Positions 59,927-64,000 of a DNA stretch of 64,000 nucleotides are shown piece by piece (position 1 is the first letter of the stretch; each line of letters opens with the position of its first letter). Under the pieces are notes generated by a model. The model did not search any database. It saw nothing but the letters and a program-made list of their open reading frames with translations, and was not told the origin of the DNA. The DNA comes from an uncultured bacterium (GTDB lineage Bacteria > Oederibacteriota > PGYV01 > CAWJRG01). Made by a program: the position numbers and the translations under genes. The stretch lies in assembly GCA_963845185.1 (NCBI GenBank), contig CAWJRG010000009.1, positions 384,001 to 448,000 of the forward strand, in the 5' to 3' direction.

Positions 59927-60795
59927 AAAAATATACTTATTACCCGGGATGTTCGCTTGAAATAAGCAATAAACCTTACGACGAATCCACAAAGGAGCTG
60001 TTCAAGGCGCTCGGGCTGCAGCTTGAGGAAGTGCCTGACTGGAACTGCTGCGGCGCTACCATGTATATGAGTTTCGACGAGCACAAAGCTGTGTACCTCG
60101 CGGCGCGCAACCTGGCAATAGCTGAAAAGACCGGATATGACATGGCTGTGCCATGCAGCGCATGTTTTACTGTGCTGCAAAAAGCCAAAAAATTCCTGAA
60201 AGCAGAAGAAGGCCTGGAGGAAAAAATAAATTCCATGCTTAAGGAAGAGGGGCTGGCATACAGCGGTAAAGTCAAAATCAGGAACATTCTTGAAATAATA
60301 TATAACGATATCGGCGCTGACATTAAAAGCTCGGTAAAGCGCAATTTGAAGGATATAAAAGTAGCCTGCTACTACGGCTGCCAGCTTGTAAGGCCAAAGG
60401 GCACTTTTGACGATACCGAGAACCCGGAAAAGCTCGACAAGCTAATGTCCTGGTGCGGAGCATCGCCGGTGTTTTTTGACGCAAAGACGAAATGTTGCGG
60501 CGGAATGCTCATGACAACAAAGGAGGATGTTGCCATGAAGCTCGTTCGAGACATACTTTCTGCGGCCAAACAGGCAGGCGCTGACTGCCTTGTGACCGCT
60601 TGCCCGCTTTGCCAGATAAATCTCGAAGGGTACCAGGCGGCAATAAGCAGGAAATTCAAGGAAAAACTCGACATACCAATACTTTATTTTACTCAGCTTG
60701 CCGGATATGCGCTAGGCATAGATGAAAAAAGGCTGGGGATAAAGGAAAATTTTACTGATTCAAAGAAAACCCTTGCCAAAGCAGGAGGTAACTGA
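59923..60795 (+). CDS. hdrB: Heterodisulfide reductase subunit B
   Basis: YYPGC, WNCCG, PCSAC, YYGC, KCCG and ACPLC CCG domains. Confidence 0.93.
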   Translation: MKKYTYYPGCSLEISNKPYDESTKELFKALGLQLEEVPDWNCCGATMYMSFDEHKAVYLAARNLAIAEKTGYDMAVPCSACFTVLQKAKKFLKAEEGLEEKINSMLKEEGLAYSGKVKIRNILEIIYNDIGADIKSSVKRNLKDIKVACYYGCQLVRPKGTFDDTENPEKLDKLMSWCGASPVFFDAKTKCCGGMLMTTKEDVAMKLVRDILSAAKQAGADCLVTACPLCQINLEGYQAAISRKFKEKLDIPILYFTQLAGYALGIDEKRLGIKENFTDSKKTLAKAGGN

Positions 60796-60797
60796 CA

Positions 60798-62772
60798 ATG
60801 AATAAAGATAACGGCAAGCAAAAAAGAATAGGAGTTTATATCTGCCACTGCGGCACAAACATAGCCCACACTGTAAACGTAAACGAGGTGGCGGAATTCG
60901 CGAAAAAGCTGCCGGGCGTGGCGCTTGTAAAGGATTATAAATATATGTGTTCGGACCCGGGGCAGGAAATGATAAAAGAGGACGTGAAAAAAGACAACCT
61001 GACGCATATAGTCGTTGCATCGTGCTCGCCTCTTATGCACGAGCAGACTTTTAGGGGAGCTGTAAAAGCGGCGGGCCTGAACGAATTCATGTTCCAGATG
61101 GCAAATATCAGGGAGCAGTGCTCATGGGTATCCATGGACAATGCGCGTTCCACTGAAAAAGCAAAAAAACTTGTGGCAGCGGCTGTCAAAAGGGTGGGCA
61201 ATCACGAGCCGCTTGAGTTCAGGGAAGTGCCTGTGAACCCGGCAACCCTTGTGGTTGGCGGCGGCATAGCCGGAATAGAAGCTGCGCTGACCATAGCTGC
61301 TGCAGGGAAAAAAGTTTATCTGGTAGAAAAATCACCGACAATAGGCGGGCACATGGCGAAATTCGACAAGACTTTTCCCACGCTTGACTGCGCAGCGTGC
61401 ATTTTAACTCCTAAAATGGTTTCTGTAGCCCAGAATAAGAATATTGAACTCATGTCATATAGCGAAGTCGAGGATGTCAAGGGCTATGTCGGTAATTTTA
61501 CGGTACAAATAAGGAAAAAAGCCCGTTATATAGACGTATCAAAATGCACCGGCTGCGGGCTTTGCGAGGCCATATGCCCGGTGAAAAATATACCGAGCGA
61601 GTTTGAGGAAAATATCGGAAAAAGAAAATCCGTGTACAGGCCTTTTCCTCAGGCCATACCCTCGGCTTACATCATAGACATGGCTACATGCAAAAAATGC
61701 AAGGCGTGCATAAAAAAATGCGATAGGGGTGCGATAAACCTGGATATGAAAGATGAGATGGTGACAGTGGATGTGGGCAATATAATAGTGACGACAGGTT
61801 ATAATATATTTAAGGACAAGAAATACCTGGAACGGTACGGATACGGAATTTATGACAATGTTTACACTTCGCTTGAATTTGAGAGGTTCACGCATGCGAG
61901 CGGGCCGACAAACGGAACAATAGTAATGAAAGACGGCAAGGAGCCGAAGTCTGTCGCGATACTTCACTGCATTGGAAGCAGGGATACAAATGCAAACGAG
62001 CACTGTTCCAGAGTATGCTGTATGTATTCCATGAAGCTTGCGCACCTTATAAAGGAAAAAACAAGCGCGAAGGTTTATGAATTTTACATAGACATCCGCG
62101 CTTTCGGCAAGGGTTACGAGGAATTTTACAAGCGCTGTCTGCATGAAGAAGTGGATTTTATAAGGGGCAAAGGCGCTGAAGTGACGAAACTCGCGGAAAC
62201 AGAAGAGGAAAAGGGAAAACTGATAGTAAGGTTTGAGGATACACTCGCTGCGAAAGTCAGAAGGCTGCCTGTGGACATGGTTGTATTAAGCGTTGGACTT
62301 CAGCCTGCAAACGATGTGGATAAAACAGCAAAAATGTTTTCATTAAGCAGGAGCAAGGACGGGTTTTTTCTTGAAAAGCATCCGAAACTCGCGCCTGTCT
62401 CTACTGCGTCTGACGGTATTTACATTGCAGGATGCGCCCAGGGGCCTAAAGGACATTCCGGATACGGTTGCCCAGGCAAACGCCGCTGCTGCGCAGGCTC
62501 TGGCAAATATAGTAAGGGGAAAAATGGTGCTTGAACCAATAACTTCTTTTATTGATGAAAAATTGTGCGCCGGCTGCAAGCTGTGCATTAGCGTGTGCCC
62601 GTACGGCGCCATAGAATTTAACGAGACTAAAAAGGTTTCAGAAATAATAGAGGCTGTATGCAAGGGCTGCGGCACATGCGTAGCAGTATGCCCGTCAGGA
62701 GCTGCCAAGCAAAGAGGATACAAGGACCCGCAAATTTATTCTGAAATAGAAGCCATACTGGAGAAAGTGTGA
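60798..62772 (+). CDS. hdrA: Heterodisulfide reductase subunit A with a frameshift near 62450
   Basis: GVYICHCG, NIREQCSW, GGGIAG, KTFPTLDC, CSRVCC. GCAQGPK continues as DIPDTVAQA plus a ferredoxin domain in ORF 62371-62772. Confidence 0.93.
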
Positions 62773-62863
62773 TTGAGTGATAAGTGGTAAGAGAAATGCA
62801 AAAATTTTTCGCTTACCACACAACACATACCACATTTTATACCCAAAAACACGGAGGTAAGAT

Positions 62864-63295
62864 ATGAGTGAAACATTTGAACCGAGAATAGTAGCGTTTT
62901 TATGCCGCTGGTGCTCATATACAGGCGCTGACCTGGCAGGAACCAGCAGGATAAAATACCCGGAAAACGTCGTGCCAATAAAAGTAATGTGCTCTGGCCG
63001 CGTTGACCCGACGTTTATATTAAAATCTTTTTCCGACGGGGCTGACGGCGTGCTTGTATGCGGCTGCCATCCGGGCGATTGTCACTATAATATAGGTAAT
63101 TATAATATGCAGAAAAGGATACCCCTTATTTATAAAATGCTGGAAGGATTCGGAATAGAAAAAGAAAGGTTTATGCTTGAATGGGTTTCAGCATCTGAAG
63201 GCGACAGGTTTGCTGAAGTGGTGAACGAGATTACAGACAAGGTAAGAAAACTTGGTGCGCTGAAGTGGAATGAAATAAAAGAAACTGTTAAATAA
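62864..63295 (+). CDS. mvhD: Methyl-viologen-reducing hydrogenase delta subunit
   Basis: FLCRWCSYTGADLAG, MCSGRVDP, GCHPGDCHY, WVSASEG. Confidence 0.95.
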   Translation: MSETFEPRIVAFLCRWCSYTGADLAGTSRIKYPENVVPIKVMCSGRVDPTFILKSFSDGADGVLVCGCHPGDCHYNIGNYNMQKRIPLIYKMLEGFGIEKERFMLEWVSASEGDRFAEVVNEITDKVRKLGALKWNEIKETVK

Positions 63296-63300
63296 AAACT

Positions 63301-63402
63301 TGACACCTCTTGTCCTCGGCAGTAGCCTCGGACTTGAACGGGTGCTAAGATTCCGTAAGATTTTACCTGCGCTGTTGATGCTTGGTAAAATCAACGGACT
63401 CT
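63301..63402 (+). ncRNA. Candidate structured RNA, copy 3 of 3 (mvhD-mvhG spacer)
   Basis: GTCC-TC-GGC-AGTA-GCC-TC-GGAC-TTGAACGGGTGCTAAG; TCCGT/ACGGA; AA/A loop; GATTTTACC/GGTAAAATC; loop containing CTGTTGATGCTT. Confidence 0.7.
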
Positions 63403-63416
63403 AAGGAGGAATGAAG

Positions 63417-64000
63417 ATGGCTGATAAGAAAAAACTGAATATAGCAATGTACTGGGCAGGCGCCTGCGGCGGATGCGACGTATCTTTGCTTGATATAGAT
63501 GAGAAAATCCTCGATGTGGCTGCTGCTGCGGACATAAAGTTCTGGCCTATTGCCATGGATTATAAAGTTTCCGATGTTGAGGCATTGCCGGATCAATCAA
63601 TTGACGTAACATTTTTTAACGGCGCGGTGAGAAACTCGGAACAGAAACATCTCGCTGAACTTTTGCGCAAGAAATCAAAGCTTATGGTGGCTTACGGCTC
63701 ATGCGCTTATCTTGGCGGAATACCCGGGCTTGCCAATTTTACAACCAAGCAAGCTATACTTGACAGGGTGTATAAAACAACTGAGAGCACAGATTCGGCA
63801 AACGGCTCGACTGTTTATCCGCAACCTGAATTCAAAGTGCCTGAAGGCGATGTAAATATACCTGTAATGCATGATTATGTAAAAGCGCTTGGCCAGGTAG
63901 TGGAGGTTGATTATTATTTGCCGGGATGCCCGCCGACTACAAACATTATCACTGCCGCAATAGACGCGATAGTGTCTGGCAATCTTCCGGAGGCAGGCAC
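63417..64000 (+). CDS. mvhG: F420-non-reducing [NiFe]-hydrogenase small subunit (partial)
   Basis: MADKKKLNIAMYWAGACGGCDVSLLD, NGAVRNSE, AYGSCA.LGGIPGLAN, YLPGCPP. Runs off the window; not in the ORF track. Confidence 0.9.
   Translation, partial: MADKKKLNIAMYWAGACGGCDVSLLDIDEKILDVAAAADIKFWPIAMDYKVSDVEALPDQSIDVTFFNGAVRNSEQKHLAELLRKKSKLMVAYGSCAYLGGIPGLANFTTKQAILDRVYKTTESTDSANGSTVYPQPEFKVPEGDVNIPVMHDYVKALGQVVEVDYYLPGCPPTTNIITAAIDAIVSGNLPEAG

Noticed and set aside
63301..63402. Repeated element as a TPP or SAM-I riboswitch, or an HDV-like, hammerhead or twister-sister ribozyme
   Set aside because: Only short words match (GGGTGCT, ACCTG, TCCTCG), and they are not kept in the other two copies. 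Core motifs such as CTGAGA or CTGANGA/GAAA are absent. An Rfam scan is still needed.
352..63596. Many antisense and nested ORFs in the six-frame track (e.g. 43412-44089, 51582-52208, 59563-60180)
   Set aside because: They overlap well-supported genes, lack motifs and ribosome-binding sites, and read as shadow frames.
60798..64000. Selenocysteine recoding in hdrA, mvhD or mvhG
   Set aside because: No in-frame TGA at the ligand positions, and the hdrA break is a frameshift rather than a stop. The hairpin after mvhD is therefore not supported as a SECIS.

Overview
Low-GC bacterial chromosomal window. The organism is most likely a diderm, flagellated anaerobe, inferred from flgHI, lnt, outer-membrane barrels and hdrABC-mvhDG; taxonomy cannot be fixed from sequence alone. 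In order: a complete IS1380 (842-2519, 5-bp target duplication ATGAA) splitting a small membrane-protein gene; two PorV/FadL-like barrel genes leading into flgF-G-A-H-I-J-yvyF-flgM-N-K, with no flgL; an SmtB/CzrA-type repressor plus an atypical NRAMP with two operators; a housekeeping block (lnt, surE, priA, acpS, nnr, thiL, tsaE, tsaB, yggS, proC, yggU, punA, mtnA, a bS22-like 29-aa ORF, yebC, a pilH/pilI/pilG-like ABC unit, uvrA); an accessory block (LamG-propeller protein, IS1380 end remnant, two PilZ genes, kelch lipoprotein, TPR arrays); a minus-strand O-antigen-ligase-like/recN/DUF2723 operon; sppA; a membrane-TolB-propeller gene; and hdrCBA-mvhD-mvhG (partial). The most notable unexplained signal is a ~100-nt two-hairpin element present three times (18535, 56710, 63301), always in sense orientation between co-oriented genes. 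Its stems covary while its loops are conserved, making it a candidate undescribed structured RNA. Four single-base frameshifts (flgN, mtnA, PilZ, hdrA) probably reflect assembly errors. All calls are by eye, with no database searches.
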